From Candidatus Woesearchaeota archaeon (GTDB lineage Archaea > Nanobdellota > Nanobdellia > Woesearchaeales > JABIAG01), in NCBI GenBank assembly GCA_018653365.1, contig JABIAG010000001.1:68772-132771 (forward strand): a stretch of 64,000 bases of DNA. The letters run 5' to 3'. The notes below the pieces were generated by a model. The model did no database searches and was not told the origin of the DNA. It saw nothing but the letters and a program-made list of their open reading frames with translations. Shown piece after piece: positions 12,001-18,372 of this stretch (within the stretch, counting starts at the first letter, position 1; every line of letters begins with the position of its first letter). The position numbers were made by a program, and so were the translations under genes.

Positions 12001-13464
12001 GAAAGCTTACCTGATCAAGAATACGACCTAACATATTACATAGAAGATGATCTAAGAGAAAGAGATCTTGAAAACGATACCGAATACGTATTAGAATCAA
12101 GAGCAATGAATGGAGTGGGAATTTGGAGTGATGCAATCGAATCTGACGAATTTACAGTAAACTGGGACATGACCCCAGCATCATGTAATGATGATAAACA
12201 AAATGGAAACGAAACTGATGAGGATTGTGGTGGAAACGAATGTCGATCATGTAGAGTAAGTGAAACCTGTACTGATGATGATGATTGCTTATCTGATAAT
12301 TGTGTTTTAGGTGTTTGTAAAACCCCTAGTTGTACTGATAATAAATTAAACGGAGACGAAACTTCTAAAGATTGTGGTGGAAGTTGTGTTGGATGTGACG
12401 TAGATGAACAATGTTTAAGAAATTCAGATTGTAACTCAAATAAATGTGATATTGCAAACGAATTATGTGAAGAAGATCCTTGTAATAATGGAATAAAAGA
12501 TCTGGGAGAGGCATATATTGATTGTGGAGGATCATGTATTCCAATAAGATGTGCAACAGGTAATCCTTGTACCCAAAATGGGGACTGTCTAAGTGGAAAT
12601 TGTAAAGACTTACAATGTGTAACCACATCAAGCGATACTGATAATGATGGAGTAACCGATCTAGATGATAATTGCATGTCTGTAGCAAATACTGATCAAA
12701 CAGACATAGATGGTGATAACAAAGGAGATGAATGTGATAATGACATTGATGGCGATAGAATGGACAATGACTGGGAAATAAGATATGGATTAAACCAAAG
12801 ATTCATTGGAGACGCAAATGGCGACATAGACCAAGATGGATTAACCAATGTACAAGAATACGATGAAGGAACAGACCCCACAAATATAGATAGTGATGGG
12901 GACGGAATGAGTGACGGAGAAGAAATAGCAAAAGGAAGAAATCCAAGAGTAGCAGACTCTTCAATATTAAAAACAATCTTAATCATACTTTTAGTTTTGG
13001 CAGCTCTGGGTGTAGTTGGGTTCATAGCTTACAAGAAATTCGCTAAGCCACCACTTTCCCCACCCTCTACACCACGAGCGCTAAAACCATTACCTAAAAA
13101 ATTACCTCCTTTAAAGAAAAAATTACCCCCAATGGGCTTGCGACCTTTAAGGCCAGCTTTAAAGAAGAAAATAAAACCTCTAACAAAAAAACCAATAGTT
13201 AGAAGAGGACTCCCACCAAAACTAAAAACCCTAAAAAAACCAATTCCAAACAAAAAACCTGTTAAGGAATACGTTAATTTAAATGAATTAGGTAAATCGG
13301 ATAAGTCTATAAAGAAACCGGCTAAAAAACAAGACGCATTATCTAAACTTAAAGAACTAGGACAAAAAACTCCAAGTGCTAAGACCAAACCAACAACTAA
13401 AAGTTCAACACCACAAAAAGATCCTTTTTCAAAACTAAAAAAGATGAAAAAAACAAAAAAATGA
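1..13464 (+). CDS. Giant surface/adhesin protein, 5'-partial (at least 4487 aa). Repetitive Ig/cadherin-like beta-domain repeats, then a Cys-rich 'DCGGxC' region (about 12180-12620), TSP3-like Ca-binding repeats (about 12637-12930), a single C-terminal TM helix (about 12964-13035) and a Lys/Pro-rich cytoplasmic tail
   Basis: The uninterrupted ORF runs from the window edge, so the real N-terminus is probably upstream. Recurring ~100-aa repeats carry conserved motifs such as 'AWDD..NGPVSS', 'CEDR.GN' and 'NITC.D..GN'. The C-terminus has motifs like DxDxDGxxDxxE/'DSDGDGMSDGEE', followed by a hydrophobic stretch 'ILIILLVLAALGVVGFIAY' and a KKLPPLKKKLPP-type basic tail. Confidence 0.8.
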   Translation: MNFYGKEPSPAVTGQFAYQPNTQLDVVLVEPVDGQKYNNLDDVFIRADTNIFGNPTGLTCFFSVSSPQFNPNQKNMDSSALISQTFSGYSSVFVHDGIPNYLIGEVGETYQVAVTCIFGSQAAFSPPSISILIDDTPPQITGLTVYDKRCDDVTKQVLPLYDPGTGAVYYAKETEICVESEITEALTEIESVELEYPSSTRDITANFKNTIPGNGILITATTLNLNLREGDEEEIILRAQDTIGNAPSTFTRKIILDQTPPVIDSIIINPTGSLGTPLMKDNKYIYKVADDEPLEISVTTDEPALIKLFEFSELDASSDYVTTDFLNTLLTIGEHTYKINATDRAGNLQTSQELEIVNDHIAPRVDAVANNKPSYFEIRGQNFGVLTPTLELYFRDATGIKYGNFTTYRMFRSGPNVDQAEKLTHEWLEVVPENLGNDQYKFTLDVASDLIPNEVYWDDFHYYIAYDVMDNLTNTGGENNSNHFNFGVNEEAPQLHSASLENQYWQNPKQTLILTYNDEPTKRDQHVKINRFEVIENSFTAAAMAKVDFENYDAYLEGEVIPNEGTGRRQFTITPNTEWTCSHCIFRLEEARIVLPTGEPANSAFQFGEILFYIDKNDSEIMEIELDADTNLLYNAEDLRLNAHMTEQTLSGIRTKDDTITLLVRFKDEKIIDGRETRNLTIKLDGTPIFNGEVESDRDEDTHSVYEKTQEITLVPGTNTITVQSTDLSGRQSTTFTRTLWLDEEEPTLSNLGFVYEDNIVDLSTTELVFKTNLVDFDLTGTYTTDDDATIYLDGTSYTTDGVQPSGAFTIPNIVLDQPSIGNEQENNFDIVIEDSVENKQITPLKVIVDKLAPELILVDTTNTELDLVGGNQIYYRYLSDDINLTVKSTTEGLAGCKMYFGGLPAADMTETITNEFFYETGTLVGNYDFYIVCEDNFGNQNQLDSSLWQYTDPVITGINPVLTQTLFIHPEDFENEFDLRITPVPNTNEIKCKYDFILDEGARPKLLDSNQNPIKLTYEEMQEDDEWEQIAFLPWGGKGKNTLREIIGAGYTTNYLSVNVTCKDRSGTEIDQKVDFEIDDDFNLQFKFDYPPTHEEVNWVADKKIRTGEMFSIIVNRPDAQCSVEGTPDIALLGNPTTINDPDYKLATRYEFEQTIDSGASGRPASVALPDDAQEFTVNCQILGQPIQTKTLEFIGDNTAPDVPQLNLVQTGYNKTTQTVRFTIDNLENVLENNMNDSVIKLQADNINGGPIYQDVEYNVSPDTLNNYVFEFVFEDLIKETLTGEVEEKYNFWVQAWDDLELGPVSSNILELTYDNKSPTIDSYVIENSVQNGNIYYVGSDPTITGTVSEVDSIITFDAFTTTGTTTGNDFIITKTLIDNADIIISLRSKDALENIGEETSEIILHKDLTGPTFVDATGSLSEGTGFEVTKFKELSQLLITFEDNSGFSAGQQPVLAKAERDSADVTGETTISYYGSLDENSNGFDERIIYEIELASGFTSPSATEASQYEFEVDVKDSFGTPTTFNFKFTIDPRVPEITVETEGRTSINEFKFNISDDSNNIETSTLTIELEGNEEGITNYDYADGCVISTPVTKHECTLTTPFTQSQTVTYEIYVEDDLANSNELTGQYEHDLTPISIDESTILIEGEDSSYDILADGKTNITFEIINNEPLEEITCSYSLDTDATYQQMIDAGTSEVVTIISDNLIKFLDIFNSVGSTEGAHTLYVSCKDESGNVNESIDIPFTVDTQIPAITNVELTTVGPHQGGRSGEDFLFETGNNVLTISGTYTSNDGIIVTTEAMGQTYTHTDVVSDGQFSLTTVVLETPSSGDAKEINELILNITDSAGNVNDTLKVNITLDKEKPNLEIVETSNALVGTVGNDLVYWTIANADVNLAVEANEYLETCAIHFSGLDETLTTKPADNKFTYSLANFGGISWDFEITCTDRYDNVETLYSTLKKYTESSFDEIELRVSPLIIDSPISDNFALEVLPKRAGSYLEDQELHGIQCEYDFIGLGALSEQSQFIINKEELYDNGKWELPANLPRSDGRGGNKLNTLTNAQYIVNATCRNLRGTKVNASAKFGINTEYDANFKFISPGVNEDAVHCEDCHAARKVVGGETIIILANKGDLSCNLDGTTPLTEGVLNGDVDFPLGVEFYFTLPNTGADGSSENTLEVTCISNADISDNQPKRLYYYEDNQAPQEDPVIILPSNRFNKTTQTVTVGITNLAALTEHNLHDALFIIHAKDLSNNNEYEKEFQINITTTEITFEFNELITDDPGMDAEKEYELWAEAWDDVSNGPVSSISAPLTMYFDNLDPVLSLEYTGVEGVNSLTARNIAIRLTEESNLDVTDGITPLITLTGAQDGDGYVFTPTEYKTYILKAEPTDLTGNKGEWSNTISLTYNDEAPEFRDELPSDNAIVGGTQVDFSISVEDENGLDTSTLQAFINGTPITPIPIITTSNVGTRGIITFTQLGMAAEPYNITVYLDDMLGNQGEFEWTVNTNNDAPTQPTWTVPQYTNNKLQPVTITFNELVVIDAADAVTINGEVITVPATPATTFTFTPTVDLMGDDEEKTINVVVNAHLSGGTGVDFPFTKTFTVDTIEPVVNTFESIPQETTVDLNEITLLGTFTETNLEKIEINKSTRIYAAKTYALTSFINESIELDPEENSFSVIVYDKAGNEGTATISRYYDNTVPEINAASLQIIGVTIEQDGTWIVSVEEGETITLTGTYTSTEEVTITTDINNGVVTVPPNADTFTIVGELDGTDGAEETNTITITIDDGTHITTTTLTIINDRQAPTATLVLPELGFTNDATPEIKISTDELATLCNITYQASETEMTSSGADFSYTFTTALAETAHTVLIGCEDERGNFETTPLEFTVDLTSPDFTTSFVNAELQTTDNFLLFSTDTTQLHIETFDVIKCKYKLSTETPYTPMSVNFGNSHTSQDLTLNNDEYIYNITCEDRAGNEKDKEVNLTVNTALQIQATANLNGESIKNNQPQVFIITDRPATCTPTGNGAYHTLDDTGIEITEFTTADATTHIAYLSSLASTPAPLNDGTYALPVTCQAQTTGINDGSINVQFTVDTNLDAPVITNFDDSTTIPIVTAYPDIQFTVNEEVNATIYVNNNFKQVLENIPAGTIHTFSNVHLANKGVNVITIKGVDAAGNENAASVLINLSTDNPVIDETKVRHPEHNALYGGINETYVYFNSDLAITNAEVTLIGDQGLIYNSGTIIIDNEQRKIIYNETGSLISDNYTFQINITDSAGRKSENNLIRFEIDTEAPVITVLSPNGDEVITSTTTTVTAISNKELEKATFTLNGQTQTLAPVIPPFTFTTQNLPEGRHEYEINGTRYCPTTNCGFNTGTYKNSFIIDITGPTYSNIEYSGGINHLVQIINENVDGYTYQEYESVPQSEMHPDLRTLGLENQLIAIYENNSNSEEVEITILEFETAQGVQEYLTLIQTYNSDLTSQNWAIRSNVIILSLNTDIIQKGYVLGAPFSAASVVDHLIRDVTPSITFFFDEPTTITYVLQDDSNAPKATSMVQNAAGTSFTITATENLMETNHKIILTASDVYGNPNTQEFSFSILAEPFAIELKEPLFGYTKEDATKVVIETSRQGDCKWTTNLDWNFDQAIAFDSASSTQHNITGFNRYNQDLKILCNDTGYSGTEITDMFRITRDTAELTAELFMDNVESLTGTLQAVSTVSGKTMICYYNESGIWNIFDGLNERIEDSYQAIQRQTFTVGDYLVDGRVNEISVLCKDKAQNAWTGSIDITVNTSRDFGLELIKPVVGFKTAESEVEIHAKTNRDASCKYRLDSGNLLGLATANDKDHTRTRGQLDSGTYNLQVTCEEMGSGTPAAENRTFYIDTTEPEMALVQIRNLIDDEYSYYENEIYFYVSAYDNESGITRFNITLYESGEDDPLTTLTFSNVDSKDVADDLADCLASADEDEDEREECYDETTLTGNEIDDVENCLEDEDEDFRVSKSEAKACVEESLPDQEYDLTYYIEDDLRERDLENDTEYVLESRAMNGVGIWSDAIESDEFTVNWDMTPASCNDDKQNGNETDEDCGGNECRSCRVSETCTDDDDCLSDNCVLGVCKTPSCTDNKLNGDETSKDCGGSCVGCDVDEQCLRNSDCNSNKCDIANELCEEDPCNNGIKDLGEAYIDCGGSCIPIRCATGNPCTQNGDCLSGNCKDLQCVTTSSDTDNDGVTDLDDNCMSVANTDQTDIDGDNKGDECDNDIDGDRMDNDWEIRYGLNQRFIGDANGDIDQDGLTNVQEYDEGTDPTNIDSDGDGMSDGEEIAKGRNPRVADSSILKTILIILLVLAALGVVGFIAYKKFAKPPLSPPSTPRALKPLPKKLPPLKKKLPPMGLRPLRPALKKKIKPLTKKPIVRRGLPPKLKTLKKPIPNKKPVKEYVNLNELGKSDKSIKKPAKKQDALSKLKELGQKTPSAKTKPTTKSSTPQKDPFSKLKKMKKTKK

Positions 13465-13970
13465 AAACGAAGGCACAAACACAAATGGTATTTGTATTCA
13501 TACTAATTGCAATAGTAATCGGATTGATAGTTCTATTCGCATATAAAGGAATAAGTAGTACAGTAAATACTTCAGAACAGGTCGTGGGAGCAAAACTAGT
13601 AACATCAATAAAGGCAGATGTTAGTTCACTAAGACGATCAAGAGGAAGTTCACAAATATTCGAGTACCAAGTTCCCGGCAAAATAACAAATATTTGCTTT
13701 ATACGAAGTTGTTCTGGAGACTGTAGTACACTTTATTCTGGATCACTGCCCATCGCGCTAAGTTCATACTCTGCAGACGATCCCCAAAAAAACATGTTCT
13801 TATTGGGAAAAGGGGATTTTGTTCTAGAAGCAATATCTTTAGGAAGTTTAGACGTGGATTATGACCGAGATGGAATCACAGATGATTTTCACTGTTTTAA
13901 AACTCCTGGAAGATTAAAAATAAGAATTCTAGGAACTGGCGCTAATGCAACAATTCAAAATGCTCAATAA
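13461..13970 (+). CDS. Class III signal peptide (type IV pilin-like) protein, 169 aa
   Basis: N-terminus 'MKTKA/QTQMVFVFILIAIVIGLIVLF': a short basic leader followed by a hydrophobic helix. The ATG overlaps the giant gene's stop codon (ATGA). Confidence 0.55.
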   Translation: MKTKAQTQMVFVFILIAIVIGLIVLFAYKGISSTVNTSEQVVGAKLVTSIKADVSSLRRSRGSSQIFEYQVPGKITNICFIRSCSGDCSTLYSGSLPIALSSYSADDPQKNMFLLGKGDFVLEAISLGSLDVDYDRDGITDDFHCFKTPGRLKIRILGTGANATIQNAQ

Positions 13971-14964
13971 AAAAGGAATGACCTCTACAGTTTTCAACTG
14001 GGTATTTATAGCAATAGCTGGAGCACTAATAATGCTATTCTTCTTTAAAATTATAACAACACAAACAGAAATAAGTGAAAACGAAATAACCGCGAGAATA
14101 GTAAAAGACATGGAAGATATATTAGTTGGAAAAACAATATCTACGGATTCGGCATCTGAAGTAAAAATATCTGAAAAAGACTTTGAATTCAAATGTGAAG
14201 AACCCTGTAATGAATTAACAGGGTGTAATTCTTGGCTTGGAATAAAGAAAGCAGAAAATAGAATAGAACTCAATACACAACCTGTTTTTACAATAGAAAA
14301 CTTACGATCTAGCAAAATATATGCATTTGCACAAGGATGGGATGTACCATTTCATACAGCAAACTTTCTTTACATTGCAGCACCAGGAGAAAAAATAGTT
14401 TTCCCAACAAATTGCAATACAAAACCCCTCTGTAATAAAATTTTTACACTAATACCTCAAAAATTAAAAGATGCAAGAATTGTAATAAAGGGCGAGGATG
14501 ATAAGTTATCACGATTTAAAAAATACATAGAATTCGAGGTTCCATCAGGGAATCCAACTCGAAAAAAAGAGGTAGTAATTGATGAAGCAAATCACCAAAT
14601 ACATTTTTATGAAAACGGACGACTTCAAGCATCAGAATACTATTTTCTAGAAGAAGCAATAATTGGGGCAGCATTCACACAAGATCATAAAACATACTCT
14701 TGTAATATGAAAAAAGCATTCTACAAGTTAAGAAATTTAGCAATAGTTTTAGAAGGCAAAAGAAGTTATCTAGAAATTAATGCCCCCGCAGATCCAGCAT
14801 TTTGCAGATCGCATTTCCTAACTACCCAAAACCAAATTGCGAGCTTTAACACATTATACAAAGACTTAGATACTGCAAAATTAGTAGAACTTAACACAAG
14901 AAAACAAGAATTAGAACACGAAAATAACGAGTTACGCAGAGGATCTTGCGCATCAGTATACTAA
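13960..14964 (+). CDS. Class III signal peptide (pilin-like) protein, about 334 aa. The track ORF starts at 13945; the likely start is at 'MLNKKG'
   Basis: 'MLNKKG/MTSTVFNWVFIAIAGALIMLFFF' is a canonical archaeal prepilin-like N-terminus. The extracellular domain contains several Cys. Confidence 0.6.
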   Translation: MLNKKGMTSTVFNWVFIAIAGALIMLFFFKIITTQTEISENEITARIVKDMEDILVGKTISTDSASEVKISEKDFEFKCEEPCNELTGCNSWLGIKKAENRIELNTQPVFTIENLRSSKIYAFAQGWDVPFHTANFLYIAAPGEKIVFPTNCNTKPLCNKIFTLIPQKLKDARIVIKGEDDKLSRFKKYIEFEVPSGNPTRKKEVVIDEANHQIHFYENGRLQASEYYFLEEAIIGAAFTQDHKTYSCNMKKAFYKLRNLAIVLEGKRSYLEINAPADPAFCRSHFLTTQNQIASFNTLYKDLDTAKLVELNTRKQELEHENNELRRGSCASVY

Positions 14965-14966
14965 AA

Positions 14967-15530
14967 ATGAAAAATAAACAAAGTCGAAGATTTTCAAAAG
15001 GACAACTGCACCTAATGGAATCAACCGTGGTAATGTTCGTATTTTTCTTACTCATAATGGTTGGGCTAACAGTATATTCTAATTATCAAAATGCAAAAGT
15101 AGAACGAATAAGAATTGAAACAAATGAACAAAAAGCAACACAAATAGCGAAAAGAATGTTATTCGCACCCGAATTAGAGTGTTCCAACAATAATGCACGA
15201 ACACTAGATTGTATAGAAATCCAAAAATTACAACCCTTTGTGAATCGCGTAAAACAAAGTCCTGCATATTATAGACAAGAATTTGGAAATTCAAGAGTGA
15301 GCATAAAATGGGTTTACTCCCCAGGATTTACAGGAACGTTTTCAGCACCTGAATTTTTTAGAGCAAACCCTACCGATATATTAGTCACTTCACCACAAAA
15401 AGAACTGTTTAATTTTAAAGCAGGAGGCGAAAGTCATAAAACGTTTACTTTCCCGATCCTATTATGGGATAAAAGACAGGTACCTGAATGGAGCTATTTC
15501 GGATGGTTGGAAGTAGAGGTAAACATATGA
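14967..15530 (+). CDS. Class III signal peptide (pilin-like) protein, about 187 aa. The likely start is the internal Met 'MKNKQSRRFSKGQ'
   Basis: 'FSKG/QLHLMESTVVMFVFFLLIMVGLTVY' has a KGQ cleavage-like site and a Glu at +6, which are the classic type IV pilin hallmarks. Confidence 0.6.
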   Translation: MKNKQSRRFSKGQLHLMESTVVMFVFFLLIMVGLTVYSNYQNAKVERIRIETNEQKATQIAKRMLFAPELECSNNNARTLDCIEIQKLQPFVNRVKQSPAYYRQEFGNSRVSIKWVYSPGFTGTFSAPEFFRANPTDILVTSPQKELFNFKAGGESHKTFTFPILLWDKRQVPEWSYFGWLEVEVNI

Positions 15531-16078
15531 ACAAACGTGCTCAAATGGAAATATTTGGACTCGCCATAATATTTGTAATATTTATACTTGGATTATTGAT
15601 TTTCTTAAAATTTAGTGGAGATGAACCGATAACTACTGCAGAAGATTTTGTAATGAAACAACTACCCACGCGAATGCTTCAAACCATGATGAAAACAACA
15701 ACAGGATGCAGAGAACAAGAAGTAGAAGTTCTAGTAGTTGATATTGCTTCGCATGTAAACCCTACCCCTCCTGATTATTGTACTGATATAAATGTTAATT
15801 CACAAATAAATTGTAATGGACACACAAGTTATGAAGAATTATTTGGAATAGGCAATGTAGTACCTTCAGTGTTTGCAAATAGTTTAGATATAGAAAAGAA
15901 AGATTACGAATTTATAATAAAAATGAAAGGCGGATGCGAAATTTACGCAATTAACTCAACCAATAGTTGTGCAAGAGCAAATAAGATAAGTGCAGAAACT
16001 TTTTATTTAACTTCCAATAGAGGGAAAGTAGAAATGATTATGAAAGTATGTGAAAATGTGGGGTATGCAAATGAGTGA
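15527..16078 (+). CDS. Class III signal peptide (pilin-like) protein, about 183 aa. The likely start is at 'MNKRAQME'
   Basis: 'MNKRA/QMEIFGLAIIFVIFILGLLIFL'. There are 6 Cys in the C-terminal domain. ATGA overlap with the upstream gene. Confidence 0.55.
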   Translation: MNKRAQMEIFGLAIIFVIFILGLLIFLKFSGDEPITTAEDFVMKQLPTRMLQTMMKTTTGCREQEVEVLVVDIASHVNPTPPDYCTDINVNSQINCNGHTSYEELFGIGNVVPSVFANSLDIEKKDYEFIIKMKGGCEIYAINSTNSCARANKISAETFYLTSNRGKVEMIMKVCENVGYANE

Positions 16079-16175
16079 TATAGTGGGACTGCCAATGTCA
16101 AAGTTTATTATACTAATAGCAAGTATAATTTTTATTACTTTAATACTTGTAGTTGTAGTGGGAATACTTAAATGA
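16071..16175 (+). CDS. Small single-TM protein (34 aa), not in the ORF track, translationally coupled between pilin-like genes
   Basis: ATG at 16071 overlaps the upstream stop, and the TGA at 16173-16175 overlaps the next ATG at 16172. The product is 'MSDIVGLPMSKFIILIASIIFITLILVVVVGILK'. Confidence 0.35.
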   Translation: MSDIVGLPMSKFIILIASIIFITLILVVVVGILK

Positions 16176-16966
16176 AATTATGCAATAAAAAAGGAAGTAG
16201 TTTAGTACAAACAACCCTGGCTAAAGTACTCATAACCATATTAGTTTTAATAGTGTTATTAGCAATAGTCTATGTCTGGCAAGAAGAAATAACTGGCGGG
16301 GCAGATTCTAAAAAATGTAAATTTGAAGTAGTCAGAGTATCACAAACCTCAAAGATTCCAGGAATCAAAGACAAATACTTAACAGCCTATTGTCCATCCA
16401 AGGAATTGGGAATTCTAAACTTAGGAAAAGATGGGGAACGAGAAATGAGGGGCTTGGCCATAGACTTAGTAAGTGAAATGGTAGATTGCTGGGACAAATT
16501 TGGAGAGGGCAAATTAAATCCGATAAAGGGGGAGACAAATACACAAAAAACACACTGTTTTGTATGTGCATCATTTAGCATGCCAGAGGAGTTACCCTCG
16601 GCAAAGTGGGGCGAGTTTGGAAAAGAGTTAGATATAGTATTAAAAAATAATGACAATGCAAGAAAGTTTTTAGCAGACACACTATCAAAGAAAAGTATAG
16701 ATCATTATGACCATCATATGCAAAAAGTTAGTGTGGATAATAATCTGATCCTCGCAGATAAAATTAAATATACTTATTTCTCCAACTTTCACCTACAAGC
16801 AGATAAAAGTTACCATCTAATAAACATCTTTGTTGTAAATAAAAAACAATTCCTTACAAACGCAGTACAAGAAGGAAAGCCAATAAACGAATATGAAACA
16901 GTAGCACGTTTGGCGTTTGTAGAAGAATCAAATTTTGAAAACGTATGTACACAATTAGAAAACTAA
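16172..16966 (+). CDS. Class III signal peptide (pilin-like) protein, 264 aa
   Basis: 'MKLCNKKG/SSLVQTTLAKVLITILVLIVLLAIVYV'. Cys residues in the extracellular part. Confidence 0.6.
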   Translation: MKLCNKKGSSLVQTTLAKVLITILVLIVLLAIVYVWQEEITGGADSKKCKFEVVRVSQTSKIPGIKDKYLTAYCPSKELGILNLGKDGEREMRGLAIDLVSEMVDCWDKFGEGKLNPIKGETNTQKTHCFVCASFSMPEELPSAKWGEFGKELDIVLKNNDNARKFLADTLSKKSIDHYDHHMQKVSVDNNLILADKIKYTYFSNFHLQADKSYHLINIFVVNKKQFLTNAVQEGKPINEYETVARLAFVEESNFENVCTQLEN

Positions 16967-16967
16967 A

Positions 16968-17852
16968 ATGGAATTCCTACAAAACAAAGCAGCACAAGCA
17001 ATACTAGCACTAATAATCATGGCATTATTAATTGCCATGGTTGTAGCAGTAAAAAATGCATCAGAAGAAGCAGCAGCTGCCAAATCCTGTGAAGCAAGCA
17101 TAAAAATACACACAGATCTTATAAAATTAGGAGTGCCAGCAAGACATAATGAAATTGATTGTCCTGCAAAAATGATAGAAATAAACGAAAAAAACGCACA
17201 ATTTGAGTTAGCAGAATCAATGAGAAAATGCTGGAACCAATATGGTAAAGGCAATTTAAACATGTTTAATGGAGAGGGCATATTTTGTTCTATATGCAAT
17301 GTAATTACGGTTGACGAACCAGTAGTTGTAGAAAACTTCGTTGAGTATTTAGCAAGCGCGTACGTACCTGGAAAAAGAACAAAATATTTAGCAGACATGG
17401 CCGATGTACAAACCGACAAGGCCTATGCTCTAGAGGGATATGAGGAGGCAATACTTCGAGATTCAGCACTAGAAGATTTTACAATAACAAAACAACAACC
17501 TTATGGAGTGATATTTGTTCAAGTAAAAGGATATGATAAATTAGGAAAGTATGTACGAACAGCTACAAATGTGTTGGGAGGGGCAGCAGTGGTTGGAACA
17601 GGCCTTTTAATAATGAAAGGGTCTACAACATTAAACATAATTCCTGGTTTTGGGACGTTAGCAAGTTGGATAGGCTATACTGTTGGTGGAGTACTGGTTG
17701 CAGGGGGAACAGTAACCACAATTGTTGCAGAATATTTTAATGTCTTAAATTTTGAACGTTATTCAGAAGTCGTATTGAGGCCATACACCGAAAAAACTTT
17801 AAATGAAACAATTGGATGTGACTACATACCTGTAAGAGTAATAGAAAAATGA
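16968..17852 (+). CDS. Class III signal peptide (pilin-like) protein, 294 aa, with a Gly-rich C-terminal hydrophobic segment
   Basis: 'MEFLQNKA/AQAILALIIMALLIAMVVAV'. The C-terminus 'GGAAVVGTGLLIMKG...GGVLVAGGTVTTIVAEY' suggests a second membrane-associated segment. Confidence 0.5.
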   Translation: MEFLQNKAAQAILALIIMALLIAMVVAVKNASEEAAAAKSCEASIKIHTDLIKLGVPARHNEIDCPAKMIEINEKNAQFELAESMRKCWNQYGKGNLNMFNGEGIFCSICNVITVDEPVVVENFVEYLASAYVPGKRTKYLADMADVQTDKAYALEGYEEAILRDSALEDFTITKQQPYGVIFVQVKGYDKLGKYVRTATNVLGGAAVVGTGLLIMKGSTTLNIIPGFGTLASWIGYTVGGVLVAGGTVTTIVAEYFNVLNFERYSEVVLRPYTEKTLNETIGCDYIPVRVIEK

Positions 17853-18001
17853 AACTAATAAACAAAAAAGGAAATTTTGGGTTCTTATCCAAATCCGCAG
17901 TATTATTCATTATAATTATGGCATTAGTGGCGATAATAGTTTACTTCTTAGTAAAATTTTTACCTAGAGGAATAGCCTTCGCGAGGATGTTCGGCAGATG
18001 A
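17849..18001 (+). CDS. Mini pilin-like protein (50 aa), not in the ORF track
   Basis: 'MKLINKKG/NFGFLSKSAVLFIIIMALVAIIVYFLVKFLPRGIAFARMFGR'. The start ATGA-overlaps the upstream stop and the stop overlaps the next ATG at 17998. Same NKKG leader as its paralogs. Confidence 0.45.
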   Translation: MKLINKKGNFGFLSKSAVLFIIIMALVAIIVYFLVKFLPRGIAFARMFGR

Positions 18002-18372
18002 AATCAGGAATATTAACAGCAGCAGTAATTATTTTAGTATTGGTACTGGCAATGGTAATGTTTGTTATTAATGGTAAAGTTGGGGGCGGACTTACAAGAA
18101 TACTCGGAACATCAGAAGATTACCAATACTGTGAAGAAACAAAAACAACAGCAAATGAGTTCAATTCAAATTTACAGGTGAAAATAAATGATGGCGATGA
18201 GGCCAGAAACTATTATGAATTTCATGCAAATGAGGGTTGTTTTAAAGATCCGTCAAATATAGAGTTAGATAAACAATTAAAATGTGATTTTTTTTGTGAA
18301 AATGAAAATTTTAGAGTGAGTGAAAGTATACAAAAAAGAATAACTCGCTTTTGTAAAAGTTGTAGAGGATAG
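17998..18372 (+). CDS. Class III signal peptide (pilin-like) protein, 124 aa, Cys-rich C-terminus
   Basis: 'MKSG/ILTAAVIILVLVLAMVMFVI'. The C-terminus carries 'C..C', 'CDFFCEN' and 'CKSC' pairs. Confidence 0.5.
   Translation: MKSGILTAAVIILVLVLAMVMFVINGKVGGGLTRILGTSEDYQYCEETKTTANEFNSNLQVKINDGDEARNYYEFHANEGCFKDPSNIELDKQLKCDFFCENENFRVSESIQKRITRFCKSCRG

Noticed and set aside
12036-13025. Antisense ORFs (12036..12677, 12365..12688, 12696..13025 minus, and many similar ones such as 18721..19116, 38548..39359 and 44830..45330) inside large genes
   Set aside because: They lie entirely within much longer, motif-rich ORFs on the opposite strand. Their low-complexity composition is typical of shadow ORFs in AT-rich repeat genes.
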